IMG/VR virus record: IMGVR_UViG_3300030329_006583
Location: 203,119-267,118 of that record
DNA length: 64,000 nt
Strand: one strand, 5' to 3'
Of this stretch, positions 18,379-27,695 are shown one piece after another. The notes beneath the pieces were generated by a model that was given only the letters and a program-made list of their open reading frames with translations, was not told where the DNA came from and made no database searches. The first letter of the stretch is position 1; each line of letters begins with the position of its first letter. The translations under genes and the position numbers were made by a program.

Positions 18379-20497
18379 CCAAAATTTCTAGAAGATTTTC
18401 ATACATGGTGGCCGCAGATTGTGTTAATTCATACCACTTACCACCAAACTGTGTTAAAGGTTCCCACCCTGTCAATTCACCATTCCACTTTTGGGCATTT
18501 TTTAATGTTTCCGGAGTGAAGGTATAAATTTTAAGATCAACTGTACCCTGAATGGTTTGCAGTATCTCTGATTGAGTTAACCCATATCCCATGTTAACAC
18601 CGCCCAAATCCTTGTACAAATAACTTTGTCCCTCTTCGTCTGTAAAAACAATAACTACCCTTTTTGCATCATCTCGCCAATTAATGATAAATTGATCAAG
18701 CGGAGGCTGAGAATCCACGGTTTGCATGGTGCTGTTCCATGTCAAAGACGATAAAGGCCACGGTAATGAAGCAGCGGAACACAAATTATGAATTGCTAAG
18801 TAAACAGCATCATACAACATTTCCACACCACCGTTCAAAGAATTGGGATCAAGCACCGACAATTGTGCCATAAATTGTGAAAATTCTGTAAGTGGACTGA
18901 TCAACTGAAGATATTCAATTGGGCTCCACGCGCCTTGTTGCGGTGGCACCGTTGGCCCAACCACTAACCCCCATTTAATTACTTCTTCATCGCTATAATT
19001 TGTAGCAAACATGTTTAGTGCGGTCATGACAGCTTCAATCTCAATATTCATTGAACCAGACCAATCGATAATAAAAAGAATATCGGTATCCTCCATTTCC
19101 TTTCCATCATCTATAATGCCGTCACAATTATCATCAGTGCCATTACATGCATCCTGATCTGCCGGCACAACCTCATCTAAACAGAGGTTTGGTACAAAAA
19201 GTTCCTCCCCCGCCTCAGTCGTATAATTATTGCCCCACTCACCTTGATGACATATGAGATGACCCGGTTCACATATTCCCACAAACAATGTCTCAGGAGG
19301 ACCGGTATAACAGGCTTCTATAAGATCTTCATCAACCAATTGATTGCAATTATCGTCGTGATTATTGCACATTTCATCTTCAACAAACCCCTTAAACGGA
19401 TCACAATTTGGGGCCGGGGGTTTTTCCCAATAACATTGGGCGTAACACTGGGTCTGTATTATTTCCACACAATCTTCATCTACACATTCACATGTTTTAT
19501 ACCCACCCCCGCATTCTAAGGGTGATTCAAAACACGGAAAAAGAACGCCAACAAGATCAATCGTACATAAACAATCCAAGCCTTCATCAATCAATCCATC
19601 ACAATTATCATCAAACCCATTGCAAATTTCTTCAAAAGGTTGTTTGGCGGAACACCCAATCCAGTTACCATTGACACAAAATTCCAGACCATCCCCACAT
19701 ACAGTGGAACAAGGTTGTATGAGATCTTCATCAATCAGCCCATCGCAGTCATCATCAAATCCATTACAAACATCTTCTGGCACCGGACCACATTGACCAC
19801 ATACGTTAAGTTGATCTTCATCCACTAAACCGTCGCAGTCGTTGTCTTTGTAATCACAAATTTCCTCTTCCGGATCAGGCCCTATGCAGATTTCCATGCC
19901 ATCAACACAAATCAAGTCACCTAACCCACACGGAGTTTCACAAGGAACAATTAAAATATCTTCATCAATTTCCCCATCACAATCATTGTCTAGGTTGTCA
20001 CATATTTCATCAAAACATGGATTACAATCTGAATATTTCCAAACCCCTTTTTCACACCACTTCTGCTGGCTCCCTTGTTGATCATCCACCAAACACTCAA
20101 TAATTTCCACAGTATCATTTGAAGGATCACATTCTAATTTTTCCTCGCAAGGACCTAACTCAATAATTTGAGGAGGATCCTTACAAATATCTGTAACCAA
20201 TTTAAATTGCCATACTGCGTCTAAAGGTGGGCAGAAATACCATTCCTCCTGATAACAATCTTGCATATATTGAAACTCTAAATTAGGTATAGTTGCAGAA
20301 TTAGCCAAGGGGGGTAAATCCTTTATCTTTTCAGCAATTTCTTCAAATGTATATACAGGAGTTTCATCACCAGTATCATTCACAAATTCACCATAACCGG
20401 GGGATTTATCTGAGCAGGCGACAAAAAATAAAAGAATCAGCAATAAGCATAATGTGCTAACAAGAAAGGTTATAATTGAATTGAAGATATGTTCCAT
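18356..20497 (-). CDS. Lipoprotein with Cys/Asp-rich MopE-like metal-binding repeats and C-terminal vWA domain
   Basis: FVAC lipobox; six ExCxxxDxxCDGxxDE repeats; DILFIIDWSGS MIDAS, VIVFTDE. Confidence 0.85.
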   Translation of the reverse strand: MEHIFNSIITFLVSTLCLLLILLFFVACSDKSPGYGEFVNDTGDETPVYTFEEIAEKIKDLPPLANSATIPNLEFQYMQDCYQEEWYFCPPLDAVWQFKLVTDICKDPPQIIELGPCEEKLECDPSNDTVEIIECLVDDQQGSQQKWCEKGVWKYSDCNPCFDEICDNLDNDCDGEIDEDILIVPCETPCGLGDLICVDGMEICIGPDPEEEICDYKDNDCDGLVDEDQLNVCGQCGPVPEDVCNGFDDDCDGLIDEDLIQPCSTVCGDGLEFCVNGNWIGCSAKQPFEEICNGFDDNCDGLIDEGLDCLCTIDLVGVLFPCFESPLECGGGYKTCECVDEDCVEIIQTQCYAQCYWEKPPAPNCDPFKGFVEDEMCNNHDDNCNQLVDEDLIEACYTGPPETLFVGICEPGHLICHQGEWGNNYTTEAGEELFVPNLCLDEVVPADQDACNGTDDNCDGIIDDGKEMEDTDILFIIDWSGSMNIEIEAVMTALNMFATNYSDEEVIKWGLVVGPTVPPQQGAWSPIEYLQLISPLTEFSQFMAQLSVLDPNSLNGGVEMLYDAVYLAIHNLCSAASLPWPLSSLTWNSTMQTVDSQPPLDQFIINWRDDAKRVVIVFTDEEGQSYLYKDLGGVNMGYGLTQSEILQTIQGTVDLKIYTFTPETLKNAQKWNGELTGWEPLTQFGGKWYELTQSAATMYENLLEILDENACAE
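19106..20008 (-). repeat. Six intragenic ExCN/DxxDD(D/N)CDGxIDE repeats
   Basis: EICDNLDNDCDGEIDE, EICDYKDNDCDGLVDE, DVCNGFDDDCDGLIDE, EICNGFDDNCDGLIDE, EMCNNHDDNCNQLVDE, DACNGTDDNCDGIIDD. Confidence 0.85.
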
Positions 20498-20531
20498 TTC
20501 CCCACATTAGATTGCTATGTTCATAAACATA

Positions 20532-20560
20532 ACTATAGCAGTTGCTGGGGTACTTTTCAA
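20532..20560 (-). promoter_or_regulatory. Canonical-like sigma70 promoter TTGAAA-N17-TATAGT with extended -10 TG
   Basis: Upstream of the vWA lipoprotein gene. Confidence 0.5.
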
Positions 20561-20581
20561 ATTTAATTTAGAACATTAAGA

Positions 20582-20833
20582 TTAATCGGTAATTATTTCT
20601 AGCTTGGAGCACTTGGCGGGACCAAAAAAACAACACTTTCCACAATTCACACAATAATTGCCTATCTCTTCCATGGTGTTAATTTGTAATTGTTCCTCCA
20701 TGGTGCGAAGGCGTTCTTTTTTAGTGTCAATAAAAATACAATCTACAAAAAGTTGATTGGCGCCATTCCACGGATATTGGCGGCATGTCTCCGGTCTTTC
20801 TTTGTAAATAGAACAAATAAATTTCATTAGCAA
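20582..20833 (-). CDS. Cys-rich YkgJ/CxxCxxCC-like protein with permuted motif order
   Basis: CSIYKERPETCRQYP at the N-term, YCVNCGKCC at the C-term. Confidence 0.7.
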   Translation of the reverse strand: MLMKFICSIYKERPETCRQYPWNGANQLFVDCIFIDTKKERLRTMEEQLQINTMEEIGNYCVNCGKCCFFGPAKCSKLEIITD

Positions 20834-21204
20834 AGTTTGGCTAGCTCTTCACGAATCAATTTCCTCAATTCTTTAGTGTTGAGCTTTTTATTCTCCATCA
20901 AACCAGGTGAACCTGGGCGAACTCCCATGGGATCCCACTCACCTTCTCGTTGATAAAGGTACTGATCCGTAATTCTATTTCTCTCGTTTTTCATCCAATA
21001 CGCGATCTTATTGGCTTGATCATAATCCAAATCATGCTCAATTACCAGATCCCCAAATGTCATTGTGTTTAAAATCTCGTATTCTTCCTTAGTTAAAGGT
21101 GCAGATGATAGTGACTTTTGGATTGCTGCAGCCAGCAATTCTTCGTCTGTCGCCTCTGTTAATATACGCTTGCTCATATTACGCTCCTGATAGTGACGTA
21201 CCAA
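20827..21204 (-). CDS. Hypothetical protein with C-terminal tag
   Basis: ENKKLNTKELRKLIREEL; probable start MSKRILTE. Confidence 0.7.
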   Translation of the reverse strand: MVRHYQERNMSKRILTEATDEELLAAAIQKSLSSAPLTKEEYEILNTMTFGDLVIEHDLDYDQANKIAYWMKNERNRITDQYLYQREGEWDPMGVRPGSPGLMENKKLNTKELRKLIREELAKLC

Positions 21205-21268
21205 TAAATATACATATGCCCCGCAATATTATATACCACGGGGCAACTCAACGTTAATTAAGCATTTA

Positions 21269-21571
21269 TTAATTGGTCAAATCCAACATATCATAAACCA
21301 ATTTAGCCCGATGTAGGTAATGAGAGTACCTCAGATCATCTTTTGATAAACCAACCCCGCACTGGCGACTCAGGTTTTCGAAAACCTCCGGGGAACTTGA
21401 GTGATAGCGCAATGCCTTTCTCCATAATTTTCGAAATTTACGACGAACTCGATTCAGGTCTTCCGGAGGTAAACTCTCAAATCCGGCGTCCAGAACATCA
21501 CGGGGCCAGCCGTAAGGAACGATTCCTTTCTCAATCATTTTTATCAAAATTAGAGTTTCATTGGTTCGCAA
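21269..21571 (-). CDS. Hypothetical protein
   Basis: ORF with GGAGGG RBS and a promoter upstream. Confidence 0.65.
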   Translation of the reverse strand: MRTNETLILIKMIEKGIVPYGWPRDVLDAGFESLPPEDLNRVRRKFRKLWRKALRYHSSSPEVFENLSRQCGVGLSKDDLRYSHYLHRAKLVYDMLDLTN

Positions 21572-21592
21572 TTTTCCCTCCCTGGAGTGTAT

Positions 21593-21623
21593 ATTATATT
21601 ATTCCTGTGATGGCTTTTGCACG
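21593..21623 (-). promoter_or_regulatory. Promoter CGTGCAA-N18-TATAAT
   Basis: Recurrent motif. Confidence 0.6.
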
Positions 21624-21647
21624 TATGATTATTGATAAAGCAAACAT

Positions 21648-21725
<78 letters not shown>

Positions 21726-21730
21726 GGACA

Positions 21731-22033
21731 TTATTGGGAAAATTTTAAAACACGATAACAAGTATCTAATTGATTTTTTAACTGGCGAGAATGATCCACA
21801 ACATGTTCACGATTAACTGCGCGGACATCATAGAAAATCCCTTTAGTAGGGGTAATATAATTCGGCAACAAATCCTCTACCGCCTCCTTGCTCTCTGCCA
21901 ACAAATACCGAATATGACTATGGTAACGACGGTTGTGAGGGTAAACAGCTGAATCTAATTTATAGATCTCATAAATGCCAACACCCTCATTTGTATCCGG
22001 ATTCATGAACGAAAAAGATAACTGTTGAGCCAT
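21731..22033 (-). CDS. Hypothetical protein
   Basis: ORF with GGAGG RBS. Confidence 0.65.
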   Translation of the reverse strand: MAQQLSFSFMNPDTNEGVGIYEIYKLDSAVYPHNRRYHSHIRYLLAESKEAVEDLLPNYITPTKGIFYDVRAVNREHVVDHSRQLKNQLDTCYRVLKFSQ

Positions 22034-22084
22034 GACGCCCTCCTTTACTTTAATTTATCCACCAAAATCATTAATTGTATAACC

Positions 22085-22843
22085 TCATTCTTCATCACCT
22101 AAATATTCCGCTAGAGTTTGATCAACTATATCCTGCGTAACACCTGCAATTTTTAAGGACAAAGCATGGGTCTTCAGTGCACTAGCCATTAATTCACGAT
22201 CACCTTTGGCGCGCCCCCATATCCATAACGTTGTGTGTTGTGCATTCATAATCTCCAACCGCAACTCCTCGGTGTTTTGTCTAATATAATCTATTACGCC
22301 TTGCGTCTCTGAAGCTTCAAACCTATTTAATTCAATGTCTAAATCTACCGCCATATCCAAAAGGGCGGCTGTATTTTTTTCTTTATAAAAAGATTTAGCG
22401 TCCACAAACCTTTGGGTTACCTCCTCTTCACTCAATGGGTGTTGCATTGAGCCGCTGGTGTATAACAGTTTATCCGGATGGGTTTTTACAGCGATATCGC
22501 GATAGAGTTGTTTCATCCATTTAGGGAATTCTTCCATAGAATCTGCAAGTTCTTTCTCTTCACTTTCGCTGGATTCTGTTTCTGCTTCATGGGTAGTGGG
22601 AGGACAATGTGGTTTTTCTTGTGATTCAGGTATACCTTCGTGCTCTTCGGGCGGAGATGATGATGTCGCCTCTTTACAACGGCGCAAAAGAATCTCTAGG
22701 GCACCTCGGATGTCATCATTATACATCTTTAAAAGATTGTATGAATCCTCCTTTTCATCCCTATAATATCTCCACGCCCTCAAAGAGCGGCGTAAATCTA
22801 TCTGTAATTCCAACTCTTCATTACGTGACATGCATGGCTCCAC
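22085..22843 (-). CDS. Protein with internal J-domain-like segment
   Basis: MKQLYRDIAVKTHPDK; directly downstream of dnaK. Confidence 0.65.
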   Translation of the reverse strand: MEPCMSRNEELELQIDLRRSLRAWRYYRDEKEDSYNLLKMYNDDIRGALEILLRRCKEATSSSPPEEHEGIPESQEKPHCPPTTHEAETESSESEEKELADSMEEFPKWMKQLYRDIAVKTHPDKLLYTSGSMQHPLSEEEVTQRFVDAKSFYKEKNTAALLDMAVDLDIELNRFEASETQGVIDYIRQNTEELRLEIMNAQHTTLWIWGRAKGDRELMASALKTHALSLKIAGVTQDIVDQTLAEYLGDEE

Positions 22844-22883
22844 CTTATGGTATATCTAAATAGGTGGTAAAGCCGAGAGTAGA

Positions 22884-22907
22884 TCGGCCGGCCCGAAGGC
22901 CGGCCGA
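22884..22907 (-). terminator. GC-rich 10-bp hairpin with C(UUCG)G tetraloop immediately after the dnaK stop
   Basis: TCGGCCGGCC-TTCG-GGCCGGCCGA; no U-tract, so it may be an mRNA-stabilising stem. Confidence 0.6.
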
Positions 22908-22911
22908 ATAA

Positions 22912-24807
22912 TTAAACATCAGTAATTTCTGGCTCAGGGGAACCCGGGTTTGGATCCGTGGGATTAACGTCTTCCGGACTGACGGGGGCTGATGCCGCCA
23001 TTTTTTCATAAGCAATTTTTGCCACATTCTGAACACATGCATTTAACGCATTATAAGCATCATCAACCTCTTGGCGTGTTTCAGATGTTAAAGCGCTTTT
23101 GGCACTTTCAGCGGCAGTTACCAACGCCTCAATATCAGCTTCATCCAAACTTTCCGCCATGTTTTCCTTCATTTTAAAAGCCTGGTGAACTAGGGAATCT
23201 AATTTATTTCTAGATTCAATCATCTCACGTTTTTTCTGATCTTCAGCTTCGTATTTGGTGGCCTCCTTGATTTTTTCTTCAATCTCCTCGGGGTTTAGGC
23301 CCGTAGAATCTGTAATAACAATACTTTGATCCTTACCGGTGGCCTTGTCGCTGGCAGACACTGTCAAAATACCATTAGCATCAATATCAAAGGTTACTTC
23401 AATTTGTGGTACACCTCTCGGTGCAGGTGGAATTCCATCCAATGTAAATTTGCCCAGTGTACGATTATCACCCGCCATCTGCCTTTCACCCTGAAGTACA
23501 TGTACCTCGACTGTTGATTGACCATCTGCTGCGGTAGAAAATATTTCCTGCTTTTTAGCCGGAATTGTAGTATTACGCTCAATGAGCCGAGTACACACAC
23601 CGCCCATCGTTTCAATCCCCAAAGATAAAGGGGTAACATCCAACAACAGGATGTCTTTTACATCCCCACTCAGCACGCCTCCCTGAACCGCGGCGCCCAA
23701 AGCAACTACCTCATCCGGATTAACACCTTGTGACGGAGACTTTCCAAAAAATTCCTCCACCTTTTTAACCACCAAGGGAATCCGTGTAGAACCACCAACC
23801 AACAAAATCTGATCAATATCTGTTGATTTCTTACCGGCGTCCTTAAGTGCCTGCTTACAAGATTTAAAAGTCTTATCAATCACGCCCTCAATCAATTGTT
23901 CGAATTTAGAACGCGTCAAATTCATCACCAAGTGTTTGGGCCCATTAGCGTCAGCAGTCAAAAATGGCAAATTAATATCAGCTGTCATAGCCGAGCTTAA
24001 TTCCACCTTTGCCTTTTCGGCAGTTTCACGAATACGTTGCAAAGCCATTTTATCCTCTGCAACATCTACCCCTGTTTCCTTCTTAAATTCCGCAATCATA
24101 TAATCAATGAGAGCCTCATCAACGTTATCACCGCCTAGGTATGTATCCCCTGAAGTTGACAGTACTTCCACGACATCTCCGGAAACATCCAAAACTGACA
24201 CATCAAAAGTACCACCACCAAAATCATAAACCACTACCACTTGTTCTGTATTGGTGCCGAGACCATAAGCCAAAGCAGCGGCAGTGGGTTCATTAATAAT
24301 TCTCTTGACATCTAGGCCCGCAATCGTACCTGCATCCTTGGTCGCCTGTCGTTGGGAATCATTAAAATAGGCAGGAACTGTAATTACGGCTTCTGTAATT
24401 TTCTCCCCCAGGTAATTCTCAGCAGATCGCTTTAATTTTTGTAGCACTTTGGCTGAAATTTCTGGTGGTGTGAACGCCTTGTCTCCCACGGTGATGTTAA
24501 CGCCACCCTTCTTACCTGCACTAACATTATACGCAACCTTGCCGGCAACGTCTGATACTTCATTGAATTTAGATCCAATGAATCTTTTCGCAGAATAAAT
24601 CGTCTGTTCCGGTTTGACAACAGCTTGTCGGCGTGCGGTGACACCAACCAAAATATCGTCATCATTAAAAGATACCACAGAAGGTGTTGTGCGAGAACCT
24701 TCCTCGTTCACCATCACAACAGGTTGTTCTCCTTCCATAACCGCCACGCAGCTGTTAGTAGTCCCCAAATCAATACCAATAATTTTACCCATGATCTCTT
24801 CCTCCAT
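22912..24807 (-). CDS. dnaK: Hsp70 chaperone
   Basis: [32 protein letters not shown]. Confidence 0.97.
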   Translation of the reverse strand: MEEEIMGKIIGIDLGTTNSCVAVMEGEQPVVMVNEEGSRTTPSVVSFNDDDILVGVTARRQAVVKPEQTIYSAKRFIGSKFNEVSDVAGKVAYNVSAGKKGGVNITVGDKAFTPPEISAKVLQKLKRSAENYLGEKITEAVITVPAYFNDSQRQATKDAGTIAGLDVKRIINEPTAAALAYGLGTNTEQVVVVYDFGGGTFDVSVLDVSGDVVEVLSTSGDTYLGGDNVDEALIDYMIAEFKKETGVDVAEDKMALQRIRETAEKAKVELSSAMTADINLPFLTADANGPKHLVMNLTRSKFEQLIEGVIDKTFKSCKQALKDAGKKSTDIDQILLVGGSTRIPLVVKKVEEFFGKSPSQGVNPDEVVALGAAVQGGVLSGDVKDILLLDVTPLSLGIETMGGVCTRLIERNTTIPAKKQEIFSTAADGQSTVEVHVLQGERQMAGDNRTLGKFTLDGIPPAPRGVPQIEVTFDIDANGILTVSASDKATGKDQSIVITDSTGLNPEEIEEKIKEATKYEAEDQKKREMIESRNKLDSLVHQAFKMKENMAESLDEADIEALVTAAESAKSALTSETRQEVDDAYNALNACVQNVAKIAYEKMAASAPVSPEDVNPTDPNPGSPEPEITDV

Positions 24808-24888
24808 TCATTTCCACGGTAAAGTTTTTTCTTACAATGTCAATATAGTCATCGATGTGTCGTTGAACACCCTTGCAATGCATTTTTT

Positions 24889-25521
24889 TCATTTTTTTCT
24901 TTTTTTTCTTTTTTTCTTACGTTTACCCGGGCCATGTGTTAGGCGGGTATCCATTGGTTCTCGTTCAATTTTTGGCCTTGCGATCTTACGCAATGGCGGC
25001 CTTAATGTCCTATAAATTTTTTTCTTTAATTCTTGTCTGGCACGTTTTCCCAACCTATCAATGAACACATAACCATCTAGATGATCACACTCATGTTGTA
25101 AGGCACCGCTAAAAGGCCAACCCACCAACATTTCGTGTGAAGTGCCTCCCATGTCGCAATACCTTAATTTTACATGACTCTTACGACGGACTGTGCCACT
25201 ATACCTTGGTACTGATAGGCAGCTTTCTCGCCACATCATATCATCACCGTTCAGTTCCAATTCCGGATTAATCAACACAAAAATATTTTCATCTCTTTCA
25301 TAAGGTGATGGGTTGGCAAAAGAAAACGAAGAACAATTAAGAATTATTACGCGTTCTAGAACACCAATCTGTGGTGCTGCTAACCCAGCACCATTAACTA
25401 CGTTAAGGGTATCATACATGTCACCCACTAATTTCACCAAGGTTTCATCAAAACAAACCACCGGTTTGCTTTTCTCCTTAAGCCCGGGATGAGGCCATTG
25501 TAGTATTTTACGATATGCCAT
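24889..25521 (-). CDS. def: Peptide deformylase with basic C-terminal extension
   Basis: GAGLAAPQIG, ESCLS, QHECDHLDG. Confidence 0.93.
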   Translation of the reverse strand: MAYRKILQWPHPGLKEKSKPVVCFDETLVKLVGDMYDTLNVVNGAGLAAPQIGVLERVIILNCSSFSFANPSPYERDENIFVLINPELELNGDDMMWRESCLSVPRYSGTVRRKSHVKLRYCDMGGTSHEMLVGWPFSGALQHECDHLDGYVFIDRLGKRARQELKKKIYRTLRPPLRKIARPKIEREPMDTRLTHGPGKRKKKRKKRKK

Positions 25522-25530
25522 GAATGATTA

Positions 25531-25785
25531 TTAAGAAATTGTGATTTTAGCAGAAACTGCTTCAAACATTTGATCCAACTGGTATTCTGAATCACCTAAT
25601 TTGGATCTGATTTTAGCAATTTGAACAGCGGCCTTAAATGCCTTAATATCCAACCTCTCCTTATATTCATCAAATAAATTCTTCTTATCATCTTGAAGGG
25701 TTTTCATTTCATTCTCAAGAACAACGAGCCTCTCTATTAATTCTTTTACATTGTTATCCATCGTTTGTATTCCCTGTTTTTGCAA
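25531..25785 (-). CDS. GapR/DUF2312/T4 DsbA-like dsDNA-binding protein
   Basis: LIERLVVLENEMKTLQDDKKNLFDEYKERLDIKAFKAAV pattern. Confidence 0.6.
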   Translation of the reverse strand: MQKQGIQTMDNNVKELIERLVVLENEMKTLQDDKKNLFDEYKERLDIKAFKAAVQIAKIRSKLGDSEYQLDQMFEAVSAKITIS

Positions 25786-26152
25786 ATTGATCCTGCCATG
25801 CGAGTAAAAGATTGTCCTTTACCAAGACCGACCAACACTCCAATTCACGCACCTGGTCCACCCCTTGCCGTTCCACCAACACCCCACGTAATTCATCACC
25901 AACATTTACATATGGTGAATCATTAATAGAACTGGTTTTGACTTTCAGATATTTACCTGGAATTAGCTTTACTAAATTCCCTGCCACTGCATCATGATTT
26001 TGATTTTTCATTTTTCTTTGCAGCACTCTTTTTACGAGAAGATTTCTTTTTAGTTGCAACAGATTTCTTGGGCTTGGAACTGTCGCCCTTTGATTCCTGA
26101 ACCCCTGTGGAATTTGGAGCAACATTTTTTTTATCATCCGGAGACATGCCAA
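25754..26152 (-). CDS. Hypothetical protein (probable start MKNQNH)
   Basis: Tiles between neighbours. Confidence 0.5.
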   Translation of the reverse strand: MACLRMIKKMLLQIPQGFRNQRATVPSPRNLLQLKRNLLVKRVLQRKMKNQNHDAVAGNLVKLIPGKYLKVKTSSINDSPYVNVGDELRGVLVERQGVDQVRELECWSVLVKDNLLLAWQDQFAKTGNTNDG

Positions 26153-26336
26153 GCTTATTCAAGGCATCATTAAACTCATCTTCTGAAGGTGGGTTAACAC
26201 CCTTTATTTTCAAAAATTTTACAAAATTTTCAAATTCAAACATAGAATTTTTTAAAATAACCCGAGATAATGGCATTCCTATTCTACGCAACCATGATTG
26301 TAGATCCATCACTATCCTCCTTATGTGGTCCCGCAT
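25992..26336 (-). CDS. Hypothetical protein with Lys-rich tail
   Basis: ORF; basic C-terminus. Confidence 0.55.
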   Translation of the reverse strand: MRDHIRRIVMDLQSWLRRIGMPLSRVILKNSMFEFENFVKFLKIKGVNPPSEDEFNDALNKLGMSPDDKKNVAPNSTGVQESKGDSSKPKKSVATKKKSSRKKSAAKKNEKSKS

Positions 26337-26610
26337 TCATATCATTAAACATTTCAATCATACTTTCTTGAAACCTGGGATCACGTGCTGTTTTGTCTAT
26401 TTGATTAATATCGGTGACGCCATATAATTCACATAATGGACTTGCCAGTTTTTTCATAGCTCGCAGAAAAACATTTCTTGCAGTTGCATGATTCATTTTA
26501 TGACCGCGCTCTGTCATGATTTCTGCGATTGTACGGTAATCATTACCATCATACTCAGAAGAAACTGTGGCATAACCACCTTCACTCTTAAATCCTTTAG
26601 GCATGCTCAT
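26284..26610 (-). CDS. Putative HTH protein coupled to the sigma gene
   Basis: DYRTIAEIM...NHATARNV; overlaps the sigma stop. Confidence 0.55.
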   Translation of the reverse strand: MSMPKGFKSEGGYATVSSEYDGNDYRTIAEIMTERGHKMNHATARNVFLRAMKKLASPLCELYGVTDINQIDKTARDPRFQESMIEMFNDMNAGPHKEDSDGSTIMVA

Positions 26611-27389
26611 TGAATCATCTCCTTGGTTTGTTGATTTAATTTTAGAAAATCCTTTTCATTCACCACAAAATCCGAACGAGACTCAGGGGTTGAAATACCA
26701 AACCTTAAACGAATCACCTGTTCTTCCCTGTGACTCAAGCTTTTTAAGGCCTCCTTGAGCAATCGTGATACCTTTTCTCCGTCCAGCAAAGACTCAACGT
26801 TAGGCGTATCCAAATCTGGAATCACCTCCCGCAAAGTCCTGCTACCGGAATCACCGCTGTTTTTATAATTGATCGGTCGATCAAGGGAAACGGGGGATGT
26901 TGCACATGTAGAAATATTTTTAAGCATTTTCAATGTAACGCCAACCAAATCGGCAACTTCTTCTTGGGATGGTTGTACACCGAATTCCTTATAATATTCT
27001 TCCTGCGCTTGCTTTATTTTCCACAACAGATTACGCGTATATGAAGGTAGTTTTACAGAAGTCGATTGTGAAGTGACATGACGCCGAACAGCCTGCTTTA
27101 TCCACCAACAGGCATATGTTGAAAACTTAAAACCCCTTCGCCAATCGTAACGATCAACCGCTTTCATCAATCCAATGTTAGACTCCTGAATTAAATCTTC
27201 TAAATCACAACCTTTGTCTTGATATTTTTTAGCAATACTGATGGCCAATCGAATATTAGCCCTCACCATATGATCACGCGCCCGAGTATCCCCTTTTTCA
27301 ATGCGCTGAGATAATTCAATTTCTTGTTCACGGGTCAATAGGGATGTTTTTGACACATCTTTGAAAAAACTTTCCAAACTATTTTGCAT
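26607..27389 (-). CDS. Sigma70-family (RpoD/RpoS-like) sigma factor lacking region 1.1 and with a divergent region 4.2
   Basis: ANIRLAISIAKKY, DLIQESNIGLMKAVDRYD, FSTYACWWIKQAV, REEQVIRLRFGI. Confidence 0.92.
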   Translation of the reverse strand: MQNSLESFFKDVSKTSLLTREQEIELSQRIEKGDTRARDHMVRANIRLAISIAKKYQDKGCDLEDLIQESNIGLMKAVDRYDWRRGFKFSTYACWWIKQAVRRHVTSQSTSVKLPSYTRNLLWKIKQAQEEYYKEFGVQPSQEEVADLVGVTLKMLKNISTCATSPVSLDRPINYKNSGDSGSRTLREVIPDLDTPNVESLLDGEKVSRLLKEALKSLSHREEQVIRLRFGISTPESRSDFVVNEKDFLKLNQQTKEMIQ

Positions 27390-27428
27390 TTACTATCCTT
27401 TGATTAGTTGATTGATGTACCAAAAACG

Positions 27429-27626
27429 TTATCTTGCTCGCGACTGCCTCAATTGCCATTCACGTTGAAGATAACAATAATCCATCTCCAGAGCCTTATT
27501 TTCATTATTTTTCCGCCCACCTTCAACAATCTGAGTTTTATAACTCATCATAAGCTGTTTTACCTCTGAATCGCTCAAGGCATTAATTACATCACGAGAA
27601 AGACAACGATTATATGACTTAGACAT
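27429..27626 (-). CDS. Small hypothetical protein
   Basis: ORF with GGAG RBS. Confidence 0.6.
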   Translation of the reverse strand: MSKSYNRCLSRDVINALSDSEVKQLMMSYKTQIVEGGRKNNENKALEMDYCYLQREWQLRQSRAR

Positions 27627-27695
27627 TTAAACTCTCCTATTAAAGTATGATAATTGCCTTACAAAAATTATACACCCACTCAAAAAAGTACAAAA

